DNA of 64,000 bases from Setoptus koraiensis (taxonomy: Eukaryota > Animalia > Arthropoda): positions 8,990,001 through 9,054,000 of the forward strand of contig CM106585.1 of NCBI GenBank assembly GCA_048013815.1. Direction: 5' to 3'. The position numbers and the translations under genes were made by a program. The notes under the pieces are model-generated. The model was not told the origin of the DNA, did not search any database, and saw nothing but the letters and a program-made list of their open reading frames with translations. This document shows, piece by piece, positions 1 to 13,216 of this stretch (position 1 is the stretch's first letter; every line of letters begins with the position of its first letter).

Positions 1-939
1 CTGCACAATTGTCATTCGCTCAAATGTTTGATCCATTAGAGAGTCAAACCTGGCGCACTCCGAAGACAAGATCAACACAAAATCAGGCTGCCAAGTCACA
101 TGCTTCTCAGAACAAAATGAAGGGGAAGATGGCCGATATAATTGAACAATTGAGATTGTCTGATGAAAATCTGTAGCGATTAGATTTCAGGCCCAGAAAT
201 GGTGCAACGAGTAGCTGGATACCTGGAACTCAGTGCGCGAGAATCTTGGTCAATCCGCGATATTATGGCGACAGCAAGCCAACGATGAAATACAATCCAA
301 CTAGAGACGAATGGACTAACGAGAGAAACCTAATGACCAGACCCTGGTCTTGTCTGATCCCACTGTTTCCGAGGAACGAGAAAAACAGGATTCATTTTTA
401 CTAGAAATGCTCAATTTTCGAGATATAGAGTGCGCTAAAAGTCTTTGGCTCTGTTTACTTGGACATGTTCGATTTATATGCAATCTTTTGTGTAGCGATC
501 GTCTCTTTGCTATGCTAAAATGGGGCCAAATTGGGTTTGCTCGCTACTTCCGCTTTTTCACAATTTCAATTTTCGCAAAAATGGACCCGTCTCACTACAG
601 AATTATTATCTTAGAATGGGTCCGGGTTGTTCATCAACGCGCTGGATTGATACAAGCTAGACTATCTCTACTCTCTACCAGTCATTATTGTTTCTGATTT
701 AACTCGAGCAACACAATTTCGATTCAAAAGAATAAATGATTACGAATGTCTTCTTCAGAAGATTCGAATGATAAAACTGTTGAATGTAGGACGCCTGTTG
801 TTGTCTATCTCTGTGCACTGCGCGCGTCGAACTTTACTGACGCGCGCGTGCAACACGTCATTACATTGTCTGTCGCATTGCCTCGGCGGATGCAATCATC
901 TCGCCGTTGCGAAATCACAACGGCTAGATGATTGCATCC

Positions 940-1740
940 GCCAGCAACGCCAGCACTGCCAGTCCGCCAGCATCAACACCAACAGCAACGACCACCATCA
1001 TCACCATCATCATTATTATCGCTATCATTATCATTATTATTATCATTGTTATTACTATTATCATCATCACCAACACCATCATCGTCGTCACCACCAACAT
1101 CATCCGCATCATTAGTGCAGTTGGCGATGTTTCCGAATTGGAAGATCGTCAACTGCACCGTCAATTACGGTGGTGTTGGTGGCCGGTAACAACAACAGCA
1201 GCAACAACAGACCCGCCGACACTATCGACGACAACAACAGCAGCAACAGCACCAGCCACAACAGCACCAACAACAACAGGACCAAGAGCAGCTCCCACCA
1301 CCACCGCACACCGCCGCCCAGCGCCAGAGCTGACGCCATTAACACCAACAACCTCGTTGGCCAGAACCTGTGGTGTTCGGACCAGAGCAACTGATCCGAC
1401 CGGTCCTACAGGTTCTGGCCGACGGATATGCCGGCCGCCGACGTCCTGACGAGTCTCTCGACTCGAGACTCGCCAGGATGGAGGCCGAACGGGCAGCAGC
1501 GGCAGCTCCAACAACATCAGCAGCTCCAACTACAACAGCAACAGCAACACCAACACCAATATCAACACCAATAACAACAGCAGCAGTGGCAACCACAGCA
1601 GCAGGACCAACCATGGATGCCATGGATGTTGATCCGCCACAACAGCCACAACAGCTGCAGGAGCAACAACAGCAACAATAAAATCATTATTATTATCATT
1701 ATCATTATTATTATTACTGTCACTATTATTATAATAAAAA
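940..1740. repeat. Low-complexity block of (CAT)n, (CAA/CAG)n and (TTA)n microsatellites
   Basis: Direct reading. It explains the poly-I/H/N/T/Q ORFs in the track here. Confidence 0.9.
1115..1681 (+). mobile_element. Possible decayed LTR-retrotransposon gag/protease relic
   Basis: Frameshifted VQ(C)WRCFRIG..NC at 1115-1160 resembles a CX2CX4HX4C knuckle. Downstream RPVLQVLADG...SLDS loosely resembles the start of a retroviral-type protease. It needs frameshifts and a lost His, so support is weak. Confidence 0.2.
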
Positions 1741-1784
1741 TTGGAGCGAGCTCGCTCGGCCTCTCTTCGTTAGCCAGAACGAAA

Positions 1785-2075
1785 GGTTATTCAATGATCA
1801 AAAATTGGTGTGCAAAATTTTAAACGGGGAACCTGAGCACCCCGGATGAGGCCCTATCAGGACACCCCATGTTCCCCATTCCGGACGCCTTGATTCAAAA
1901 TAAATAGCGAACGGTGAAAGAAAGTCGAAAAATAAGCACCAGAATATCAGCTGCGATGTTCAATTCATCACAAACAACGGTCAGAAGAATTTTAACCGAT
2001 CACCTCAATATGGAGAAAATGGATGCAAGATGGATACCAAGGAACTTGACAGAAGTTCGAAAAAGTGCATCGATT
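1785..2075 (+). mobile_element. Mariner (Mos1-like) transposase relic, N-terminal HTH region, frameshifted
   Basis: Stitched translation YSMIKNWCAKF/KRGNLSTPDEGPSGHP...KESRKISTRISAAMFNSSQTTVRRILTDHLNMEKMDARWIPRNLT matches the mariner pattern (xWxxxFKxG...D..RSGRP...V.RIL..HL.M.K..ARWVP..LT). It has frameshifts and a stop; no catalytic domain or TIRs seen. Confidence 0.85.
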
Positions 2076-2173
2076 AAGACAACCGAGATACCTCTCACAA
2101 TAGATAGACATAGATAGAAAGACGGATATAATGAACTGACTCTTTTTTCTCGAAACATTTTTGATTTTAATCA

Positions 2174-2356
2174 ATAGATGAGGTCAGGACAGGTACCTTC
2201 AGGCAATTTTTCCACCCAGAGCAGCTTATTACAGGCGAAGAGACTGCCGCCAAGAATTACGCTGGCGGTCATTATACGGTCGTTGACGAAAAATTAGCAG
2301 ATCGTTGTACTGTATCGCAAGAATTTTTAATTTTCCACAGCTTTGGTGGTGGTACT
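2174..2356 (+). pseudogene. Alpha-tubulin gene fragment (not in the ORF track)
   Basis: Translates to [61 protein letters not shown], versus canonical [35 protein letters not shown]...[25 protein letters not shown]. It carries an in-frame deletion of about 10 codons, and the rest of the gene is absent. Confidence 0.9.
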
Positions 2357-4575
2357 GATGACCGACAAATGGCCATCGACCATCTGAAATTCGACATTAA
2401 GTGTTCTTACACTGCTGGAAAGGAAACGAGTTGCAGTGAATATATCAGTATCTAGGCATATATGTTTTCCGATCTTTTCACAGTTACTCACGTGGGCTTC
2501 GTTGAGAGTTTGGGCAAAATTTGGAGACTATGGTATAAATATTTTCCGAATGAAACCTTCGTTTTGGTTAGCGCAGATTTGAAGTAAATAAAGTTACGTA
2601 ACTTTCATGACAGAGTAGACTGATAGTAGCAGTAAGTGGAATTCAATCAGATTTTAATAGTTTCAAAAGTACCAACCCGGCATAATACATCGGAAAGCGG
2701 TTGTGCGGAGATTCGGCAGCTCGTTGTCTGCTAACTAGCCGGCCAATTCCTCGGCTGATCGGCTACGAGTGGAAGCAGTTGATAGCCTTGCCATTACAAA
2801 CGAGCGACATTGAAAATAAAATTTCATTTATATTCACGGACGAATACAACGGCGTTTCCTATGTCCGCTTGATTTCGCCAAGTTGGAAAGTGCACATGAG
2901 GTTAGCGGTATAATGAGTTATATATATGAGTCACTATTATAATTATCATCTCTCATCTGGACTAGATCAGGCCAGAGGCAGTTGCAACTTGCAACAAAGA
3001 GAGTCAGAATCTTGTTTATGGACAGATTAGTGGTCCTAATTTGGCCTATTTCTGTAGTATTATCTGCTGGCAACTAAATTTAACTGCACGTTTGTTGGGC
3101 TTTGTTGGCGTTTGTGAGCGCTTGTTTGTTTGTTTGTTTTTCGTTTCGCGACAAATCACGCAATCTATCAATTTAGCTTCAGCTACCCAGTGAGTAAGCG
3201 GCCGAATTTCGGCAGCCTAATGATACTTAAATGTTTCAATCTAACAATTATGCCCGTGATAGACGACGCTCGCTATGGCGCTCGTAAAGAGCATTGGCTT
3301 GTATTTTTGCGAATATATGGCACGTGAAAAGTTGGCGCGAGCTCGGCACGTGAATACCACACGAATGACAATCACAATGGGCCGGCCTAACAAGAACAAG
3401 GTGACTGTAGCATTGTTTTTGTCAAGACTGGCGCGACAAGCGGCGAGATAATACGACGAAGCGAGAATATAATTAGATCGGTTATAGATAAGCGTCTAAT
3501 TGTAATCCCTTGCAGTGGCTCACATATGCAACAAAAGCACGGATATCTCCTGCGACAATCTAAATAATTTAGATTCTAAATCGCCGTGTCGTGTGATCAC
3601 AACAATTACAATTGAAACAATTGAACACGACAAACGCGAGCCCAATCATCGTCTTCATGGTCACCTGTTGGCTCATTTCGATGCAACTGAGCTGATTTGC
3701 ATATTGCATACCAATTGGCTTGTGTGTCGCCAACAATGACATCATCTTTCGGAGTGCAAGCATTTCACCATTAGTTTGTGCATATTTGATGCCTATGCAA
3801 GAAACGCACACAACAAGCGCTTATGTAAAACTTAATGACTGGCCAGGCCGAAGAAGTTGATCTCCAGAAGAAATAATATCAAGCGAGACGAACACTGTTG
3901 ACACCTACCTAGTGGCACGTTCAGCAACAAAGCGTCTTGTCGCAAGTTGCAACAACGTTTCGGACCCGAACAGCATTAGCGAGGCGGCTATTTTTTTTTC
4001 AGAGCTGCACCAAAGATAGAAACCAGCGCAGCTCATTCTTTGGCGCCAAGGTCAGCTTTTCGGGGTGATGTTCGTTCTTTATGCGATTCTTTTGTGACAG
4101 CGAAACATGGCCAACAGGAGAAGAAGCAGGAGATTTTATCTTGACGCGACGTGTTTATCGTGCATTATCATCAGCATGAGAATTAGACACGAGCGAGAGA
4201 GTTGTTGTCGCCAAACTGTCTGGCCGTGAGATGATCTCATTATTGTACGCTATTCGTCTCGTCTATCTGGCGAGCGTGCTGGCCGAAAATATAAATATTG
4301 TTGTGGTCGTAACTGTCACTGGCCGCTGGCAGTGTTTATTAAAATATTGCATGCCATTTCAATTAGCATAACACGAGCTGTCACACAGACAGCTCGCCAT
4401 CAATGACAGTTGCTGCTGTCCGATTCGTACACAAGCAACACACTGTGTTAATGCACTGTTGCTTGTGAGCCTCACCTGTGCACTTGTAGCAACAAGTGTT
4501 GTTGCTACAAGTGCAACAAGTGAGAGTGATAAAAAGCCGCGATATAACTCACCGCTACTGTGTGTGTGATTTATG

Positions 4576-4740
4576 CAACAGCAGCGCCAGCAACAACAGC
4601 AGCACCAACAACAACAGCACCAACAACAACAGCAACGACAACAACAGCAACGACAACAGCAACTACAACAGCAACTACAACAGCAACAACAACAGCAACA
4701 ACAACAGTAGCGACAAGAACGACAGCGGCGACAGTGCAAA
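4576..4740. repeat. (CAA/CAG/CTA) trinucleotide microsatellite
   Basis: Direct reading. It is the source of the spurious poly-C/N/T ORFs. Confidence 0.9.
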
Positions 4741-5923
4741 AAACAACACAGCTTTGCTGCTCGCTGAAGGCAACAAAGACAAATAAACAACAACAAGTGT
4801 TTAAATAGGTTTGTGTTGGCTAAAACAAAAGATTTGCCCACTGCTCCCGTCTATTTAGTCCAGTCAATTGTGTTGCAGACGCACGACAGAACATGGAGAA
4901 AAAGTGAATTATTGTCCAATTATTATTGTCATCGAGCCTAGACCAGATAAAGAGAACAACTGACATCATAAGTGTGCGTGTGTGTGTGTGTGTAAGGCTG
5001 CGAATGCAAAGTGGATCCCTTAATTAATGCCCTATTACTAAAATGAAGGTTATTTATATCCGAGCGGCTATAGTTGGCTCAAGTGAGAGTGTGACACGTA
5101 CACATGCGTATGCCAATGTGCGACACTGACACTTTAAATAAATTTAAATGAAGATTCAGTTCAATTTGTTCGCGTTGTTGTCACCAACCAAGAAGCAATA
5201 ATTGTCACTTAGTCGTGACTACTGTCGTAAGTGGGGCGCCAATTCCAGCCTGGATATTGTAGGCCACCACCCAGCCAGCACTAGCTGGGAAATTAGATCT
5301 AAATTGTGAACGAAAAGCAGCCAAGACAAGATGGCAACTGGGAGCAACATTGTTATTTGTCATGTTGTCACCAGTTGTTTGCAGCGGACTGACTAGTCTG
5401 TCTCTGTTGATTAGAATTTAACTGACTTTTGCCAGTACGGTTCAGAAGACGAGCCAAGTGTTTGCAAGTGTTAACACAAAAGTTAATTGATACGTTACAT
5501 AACATACAAAACAGACATTTTCAAGCGCGATTGTGTCGCAAACGAGCAGTGAGAAATGCAAAGCATGCCAATGCGGTTTAGATCGGAGAGCGAGTTGATC
5601 AGATTGCAATAGAATCGTGACCAGTGAGCACACATTAGTATTATCATTTTGCTCGTGGGCCCGATATAGTCAGCATACAAAATGAACACAAAATGAACAA
5701 AAAATGAACACAAAATGAACACAAAATGAACATCATTGGCGATCTAATCACAATCAAGCCAATCAGAATTGTAGTCAATATGGAAAGGTGTCGCGCAACA
5801 ACTCGCGCAACAACAAATGAAAACATCGCGCCTCAAAATGCAACTGCAAGTGCACCAACTAATAACTCATACGTTGTAGCAATTAATGAGCTGCAGTTGC
5901 CTCTGAAACAGATTGGGCGCGCC

Positions 5924-7649
5924 ATGTCTGTATCGGTGGCAATTATAATGATTATATTCAGTTTGCTAATGAACAACGCACAATGTCACCAAACTAATAT
6001 CACTCGCAATCAAGCTGCAAATAATAGTGAAAACTCGACGACAACAACAACAGCAACCAAACTTACAGTAATCAGAGAGGCCAACAAGTCAGAAGTGATC
6101 AGTCAGCAGCAACATGAGCAGCAAGTGGTCCGTGATACGTCATCGCTGTTGGACAATGAATCGCGACAATTATCCAAGCTGTCACAACAAGTGAAAAAAG
6201 CCTCTAGTTCCAACAACAAAGTTGCAGCAACAACCGCCAGACAACTAGACAAACGCCAGATTAATCAGCCAGGGGGCGCCGATTCAACAAATTCAAGCCG
6301 ACGAAACGATCCCTGGTATCTAGATCCCGAGCCATTGGTGTATCCTTTGAAACCCTACAGGTTTGTGTATAATGTCAAGGGCAAGAATGGACAAACTGAA
6401 CAGTATCGGCGCGAAATAGGCGATGGTCGCTTCCTGTCGGGCAGCTATGGTTACATATTGCCCGACGGCATATATCGGCACGTTGACTATGTGGCCGACG
6501 ACAGAGGCTTCAGGGCCTTCATACGAACAACCGAGCCGGGAACGGCCAATCAAAATCCGGCCAATGTCGTCATCGATTCCAATCCGGTTCCGGTTTATCC
6601 GATACTAGGACAGAACCATTTTGGCACCCATTCAACGGCTTTGGGCGGCGCGCTGGCGCCACCGCCGCCGCTATACAACACTACACATTTGCCCGTGACG
6701 AGCAACGCGGACAATCGCCTATCGCCGCCGCCAAGCAGCTATGGCGGCTCGAGTAATCTTGTGCCGAAATTCGGCTCGCGAACTCCCCTACTGAACAATA
6801 CGTCTGGCTATCAGCTGGCCCCATCGTATCCGTTGCGCCGTCCATTGCCACCAACCGCTGGCCCCAACATCAATGACGGCGGCGACCCGACCTCAGCAGA
6901 CAGGGAGCCCTATTCACCCGTTATCAGTTACAACAGGCAGCAACTTCCTTCGTCGTCGTCGTCGTCGTCGTCGTCGGGCCTCGCCAATTCTAATCGGGGC
7001 GCCAACGAAACCGATGACCCAAACAGAAACGCAGAATTGCAAAGACAATCGAAACTGCTCGCGGACAACTCTTTGGACCCAAACAGAGAGTATAACAACG
7101 CCAGCAGCTTGGATAGGCCGCTCATAGATTACAATCGTAATGCGTACAACTTTGATGCATCGAAAAATGCTTTGGATGGCGAAAATCGAGGCCAGAACAA
7201 TTATCGAACGGGCTCGCAAGATTCGCACCAACGAACGAGCAACAACGAGCGATCGCAACAAGATTCGGCATTCGGGTACTCGAGAGACTTGACTACCCGG
7301 GACAGATTGGACAATGCGGGCAAACTGTCCTACGACTTGCCTTACTCGCATTGGCCCAATCCGAAAAATGCAAACATTGAGGTCGATTCGGGACCCTACG
7401 GCAACAGCAATAAACCAGATTTACCACTGGAGCCACCGCCCATCACAAGCAACAGTCATCGTAATTTTTCCTCGGATCAGCCGGACACAGATCGAGATCG
7501 CAATCAAGAACACCAACAGCCAAATGTGGCAACGGGCATAAAGGGCCATTCGGGGAGCGGTTATTTCGGGCAACAACAACAGCGCAAGTCGCCCACTCAG
7601 AACCTCTTTTCGGGCGCCGGCAAGACGCGACTTCGCATGAATCCTCCAT
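5924..7649 (+). CDS. Cuticle protein with chitin-binding Rebers-Riddiford (Chitin_bind_4) domain, coding exon 1
   Basis: Signal-like MSVSVAIIMIIFSLLMNNAQC from ATG 5924; an upstream in-frame ATG at 5780 is also possible. The RR consensus at 6353-6568 is PYRFVYNV...GSYGYILPDGIYRHVDYVADDRGFRAFIRTTEPGTANQNPANV. GTGAGT donor at 7650, phase 1. Confidence 0.9.
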
Positions 7650-7965
7650 GTGAGTAAAATCCGTGGAATTCTTGTTCTCACACGGTTCTGTTCGAAGTAT
7701 GGGTTTGGCGTGAGATCCGCAAATTCGAAATCCGCTTAAGCTTTCGGACAGCTTTCGAGTCACGATTTTCGCGGCAATATCGCAATATCGTGTCCGAAGG
7801 AACTGTTAGAGTGCTCGTTCATACTTGTTTTTATCCACTTGCTGACGAACAAAATAATTTGGTCATCGTTATCGCGAAAGTTGTTTGAATTGTCTGAGTG
7901 CGTGCACGAGTGCCACGGGAAATCGCATGATTAGAGACAGAAACGCTCGGTTCTCAACCGATTAC

Positions 7966-8047
7966 TCGAAATCATCTGAAATAACCCGAAATCGCTCGAA
8001 ATCACTCAAAATCTTTCGAAATCACTCTAAATCTCTCTAAATCACCC
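7966..8047. repeat. 10-bp minisatellite (GAAATCACTC-like, about 8 units), intronic
   Basis: Exact 10-nt periodicity of AAAT in the sequence. Confidence 0.85.
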
Positions 8048-8165
8048 GTGAAGAGACTTTTCGAAAGTGACTTATCATTTCTGTGCCTCAATCAGATCAA
8101 TTTTTCGAATTCACTAACTTTCAAACCAACTCCTCTTTTGCTGCCATCCTTCGAAACAAATTCAG

Positions 8166-11100
8166 ATCAAGAGCTCACAATAATGGACCGTGCCAATCAG
8201 CACAATGATAGAAAAGCCAGCCATAACATGCAACCTCCGAACGCAATACCAAGATTTGACCAAGACGATGCATACCGGCAAAAATGGAAAAGTTTGCAAG
8301 ATGGCACCGGCAACATTAACATCAATGGCGAAACGGGTCTTGCCGGCCCGCCAACCACGAACAGCCCGAGCGACAATGCTACCAGTTCACCGGCAACGGC
8401 ACCGCCAACAGCCAACACTGACCACAGCAGCCGGCCTGATGGCGCCAAGGGCCAGCCCCATTTCGACCATTCAGCTGCAGCAGAGCCTACTCGACCCGAA
8501 ACGCCATCCGAGCCTCGAGTCCCGCAGGAGCCGCGAACACCCCTGGAGCCGCGACAGCCAGCCGAGCCGCGACCTCCCCTAGAGCCACGCATTCCGCAAC
8601 GGCCTGCGGTTCCCGCCGAGCCGCCCATCCCAGCCGAGCCGGCAGCACCCCGCCCCCCGGATGTGTCGCATGGCGAGCCCGATGCAGGCTCAGTGAACGG
8701 CCAAGCTGCAAGCGAGAAAGAAAAGAACGACGACAGCGCAAAATCAGATGATAACAGGCAGTCGAACAGCAAAGAATTGTCTCCGGGAGGCAAGTGGCCC
8801 GATAATGGCGCCGGCAGCAAGAATTTGTCCGGCTCAAAGGGCGCCAACAAGTCGGGCTCGGCTCACAAGTTTGGTCTGACCACTCGCCAGGGGCCTGCCG
8901 ATGAGCGTTTGGCGCTGGAGAATTTCAAGAATCTGCGAAATACTCGCATGCCAGAAAATGTAATGATGATGAACGCCGACTGGCGTTCCTTGCAGAACAC
9001 AATTGGCTTGCCGCAGCCGCCTCGAAACGATATAGCTTCGGCTTCGGTGAGCGACAAACAGACTTCGTCGGATGGCAGAAAGGCCGGAAATGGCAACAAT
9101 CAGCCTGAGAGTAACAGCAACAAGTCCAAGAGCGACCGAGATCTGGGCCGAGAGGATCGCGCAAGCCAAGACGGAGTGGCCTATTTCGACGCGCTGCGTC
9201 TGACGTCGGCCAACGAAAAACTGGCCCAATCTCACGCTGAGAGGCTCACCGAATTGGAGAAGTTTCGCCAGAGACTGCGTGCCCAACAATTGCTGCTGGA
9301 TCAGGCTCGCTTGGGAGTGCCCACGCCGAACACCAATTTGTCCAACAATTTTTCCAATCGACCCAACGGGGGCAACAGTCACAACAGCGTTGACGCCAAT
9401 CAGCTAAGTCGCTATGGGGCCAGCGGAAACTCGGGCGCCGAGTTGCTGAAACGATCCAGAGTATCCAGCTATTTGCCGAATTCTTTCGTCAGTTACGACG
9501 ACGACGACGACGACGGCGAAAATAACATTTACGACGAGCCCGACAGGAGGGGCCTAACGCCCGCCAGCACGCACAATCACAGTGTTGACAAGCTTGCCAG
9601 AAAACGCCAAAACGCCGGCCGATTGCGAGCATCCGATGGCGACAAAGTGAATGTGTCGAAACTGACCGACACCAACAGCAAGGTCAGCAAGAGCCTGTCG
9701 CAAATAGATGACGCCATAAGCGCACACAACAAGCAACTCGACAGACAGTTGGAGAAAAATTTCGAGACATTGTCGCGCGTTGATTCGACGAAATCAACGC
9801 GCCAGAATTTGCCAGCCGACGCATTGAGCGGGCCACAAGAAGCAGGCCTGTCAATAGAGAAAGAAATAGAGAAACGTTTCAGTGACTTGGCCAAGAAATT
9901 CCAACAGAATTGGCCCTCGATTCCGAGCGCAACGCAGCACCTCAAGGCGCATCTGTTGGCCTCCAAACACAGCCTGTCCGGGGACAGTTCTCGCGTGAGC
10001 CAGCCATTGACTGAGTCGCCTGGCAAGCCCGATTACGCGGACAAATATCCCACCAAACTGACTGTTCACAGTTTGATGATGCAGCGCCGACAGCAAGCGT
10101 CAGATCACTCGTCGGATCATCATGATCAATTGTCCGATTTGAAGCAGACGAACAACGCCAGCATCGCCAGTGACAGAGACAGAAAACAGGCCCAGACGAA
10201 GCACACAAACACGGCCTCATTAATTAATTACGTCGGCCAATTGGACGACGATTCTCGGCGCGCCAAACAACTGAATGGCGCGCCGACGGCCGATTCCGGT
10301 GACTTGAGCCTGGCCAACGGAAACAAACGAGAACAAAAAACCAGATCGACACTGGAGGAGGCAGCGAAAAAATCTGCCAGCGACGATCTGTCGCTGGGCA
10401 ACCATTTCAACATGAACCTAATCAATTCGCTGACCTCGCTCACGGCCTCACACATCAATCCGTTTGTTTCGCCGAGCTCGGCGACCAATTGGACACCACT
10501 CAGTGCCACTGACCACCACGCAACAACAAGCGGTTTGTTGGTTAAATCGGTGCCAGCGGGAGACAGCAACAGATCGGCTGCGACGCCAGTATCGATCGAT
10601 GGACATTTTGCCACCTCAAACGCCAGATATTTCACGCCGCCGGAACTGCTGGCCGCAACAGCCAATTACGACACAACTGTCAGCAACAACAATGGGGCCA
10701 ACCAGCGATTGCGATCGTCGGGTCTCGGCGGTGTGAGCGGCGGTGGTTTGCAGCGAGACCAGGACGCTGCGGCGAATCGCATTGGCCCCGAGGGCGAGTC
10801 GCCCAAAAAACTGCACGCAGAAGCCTTTAATTATGCAGCGAATCACCGGCACGACGGCATGACAAGCTCGCCAGAATTGTCGTCGTCACTGAGTCCCGTG
10901 AGTGCTAGCAGTTTTGAGAATCTGGCCATGATCACTTCGGAGGGATCGCAATCATTTGAGAACGGACACAGGTCCAGTATGCTGGACAGTCTGTTCTCGG
11001 GCCAGATAAAACATTTGCAGCAAGCGCCGGCCAGTTCACAATTGGCGCAATTGACAAATGTACGCGCCGCCGAGGCCAGCAACACCGGCGGCGACAAACA

Positions 11101-11660
11101 GCAGGCTAAACAGCTTTTGCATCGTCAACAATCAACAAACAATCAAGAAAAAGAATCAACGGCAACAACAACAACCACAGAGTTCTTGCAGCAAGAGACT
11201 CAGGCGAGTTCCACAACCACCAGCAATTATCATTTGCCTGGCGCGCAACAACCACCTACTGGCACCACTCCAATAGCGCCCATGTTTTCGCTAACGAACA
11301 TGGCCAGCATGGTCAGATTGAAACCACAACGTCCGCTTGCAACAACAACTCACCTATTGGCCTCTAAACAGCATGACGCAACTACTAACAGCGCCACAAA
11401 TACGCCGGCCTCGCAAACATTTCTACTTGGCCCCGAGACAAACAGCAGCAACAGTTTAGATGTAGGCAACAAATTGAACACCAAACAACAGCTGGCAAAG
11501 AATCATAAGCTGTCGCCCAATGAGCAACGGGCCTCCAGAAATGAGATCGACACTCAACCGCTGACCAGCAACGTCAACCACTCGGACAAAACTAACAGCA
11601 ATCACAGATTCATTGAGGTCGTTTCGCCCATTGAGGAAACCAATTTTCAAGCGTTTAGAG
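8166..11660 (+). CDS. Coding exon 2 of the same cuticle gene (disordered S/N/Q/P-rich, about 1,165 aa)
   Basis: 3.5-kb open frame. TTCAG acceptor at 8165 is phase-compatible with the 7650 donor (T+AT = Tyr). The exon ends at a GTGAGT donor at 11661, phase 1. Confidence 0.75.
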
Positions 11661-12115
11661 GTGAGTCATGAGCAACTGTCTGTCTGTTTATTGTTGATGT
11701 TCTATCGGAATTTAAATTGAATAATTTGAATGCCGATTTGATTTAAATTTGATTTAAATTCGATCGAGTCGCAAGTCGGCAATCGTCTGCGATTGTCGAC
11801 CGCGGCAATGACGGTGGACGGAAACATGAATGAACACAACAATCTCCACATCTCCGCAGCGGTCACTGTCCGTCCCGATCGGCCGATCTGAATCTAGTTG
11901 AACAATTTGAATTTAACAAGCAACACTCCTACTAATCATTGTTGTGTTATCTTCATCACTATCTACAATGCACAATCAGGATATCTATCTCTGTATAAAA
12001 AGCACACATGATTGATGATTCATTACTGAGCACTAATTAATCAAGATTCAATATTTCTCCATATTTTTATCTGCACCAACACGACAACAAACAACAACCC
12101 AATCATTCATCATAG

Positions 12116-12150
12116 ACGCCCAACTGTCAATATCTGCCGTTTCTGCCTGA
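12116..12150 (+). CDS. Candidate terminal exon of the cuticle gene (DAQLSISAVSA*)
   Basis: CATAG acceptor at 12115 is phase-compatible and gives a stop at 12148-12150. Other acceptors cannot be excluded. Confidence 0.35.
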
Positions 12151-13216
12151 AATGTCACGCATACGATTGAGATAATTAGTTGTTATTTTTAGTCCACTTA
12201 CTTACACAATTTTCACCACATCTGCGAGAGGACGATATTCACATCGAGCAAAACCTAGAAAAGATTTGTGCAGCTCTGGAGTACGGCTGAGAAATATTTT
12301 TCATCAATTGTCAAAGAGGAACTCGTTGCAACGAGACGCAAAGTTCATCCAAACAAATAAACTTTTAACTGACCCCTCTTTGACTGTCACTCTGTTCATC
12401 TATTCATTTAGTTTAAAAGTGCTGCCACATTACTGCATCCAGAGTATGCGATATATCAGTTCAACAGCTTCCATGAGCTCTGGCAATCTACACAGGAAGC
12501 TGTTAATCAAATCAATCTAGATAATCGTGATAAGCGGGTACAGTTGAGAAAAACGGTACCGCGACGCCTTTTGGAGGCTGTCGAACTCACATGGTACAAA
12601 AACAAAATTAATTAGAGTCTCACTTAATTAACACGTCGTTAAGTTCATGTTTCTATCGTTCAAACTAGTGTGCAAATAAACATTTTCACTCGGTGATTCA
12701 CCCGAATTCTCAGATATTCAATATTCTTCAATTAATATTCTAACCAGAATGATTAAAATTCACCCACATCTTCCTAGATACTTTATGAAGCCACGGTAAA
12801 CAAAATTAGATCTCTACCATTCACGAAACAAGTTTCACAGAGAAAATACTGACCGAGCAAATAATCTTTTCCAGCACAGTGCAACTAGAAAGTGAATGTC
12901 TATTTCTAGCATCTACATAGATAGCGCACCATGTTATCCCACCCTTCCAATGTAATTGACTGTCAAGTTGCATTCATGCTAAGCTTGCGAAGTTTTTTCT
13001 AGTTGATCTCGTTTTTTAACGAGATTATAATGGGACATGACTTAAGGAACGGTAGCAAGTCCCGTCCCAACAAGATGGATAATGTGTAAATAAGAAGTTG
13101 AAACGCATTGCGAGAGTTATTTTTAGATTCAGACTTAGTTTGGACAGTTGTTTGTCGCAAGAACTTTCCGATGTCACAAAGTATATTCTGTCAACTGAGT
13201 AAGATTGAATACAAAA

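Noticed and set aside
3-403. Frame-3 stretch containing RILVNPRYYG (240-269), like the IL-x-NP-x-Y-x-G motif of large serine recombinases, and a kelch-like YNPTRDEW
   Set aside because: Short motifs only, with an internal stop, no catalytic domain and a eukaryotic context. Chance cannot be excluded without a profile search.
4359-4841. Poly-Cys and other homopolymer ORFs in the track (also 20492, 52127, 57142, 61757, 62296)
   Set aside because: They are translations of CAA/GTT microsatellites or antisense to real CDS, with no domain content.
12421-12615. AATLLHPEY, resembling the hAT transposase A-x2-L-D/H-P-x-Y motif
   Set aside because: A single short motif in a 65-codon stop-bounded frame, with no other hAT features.
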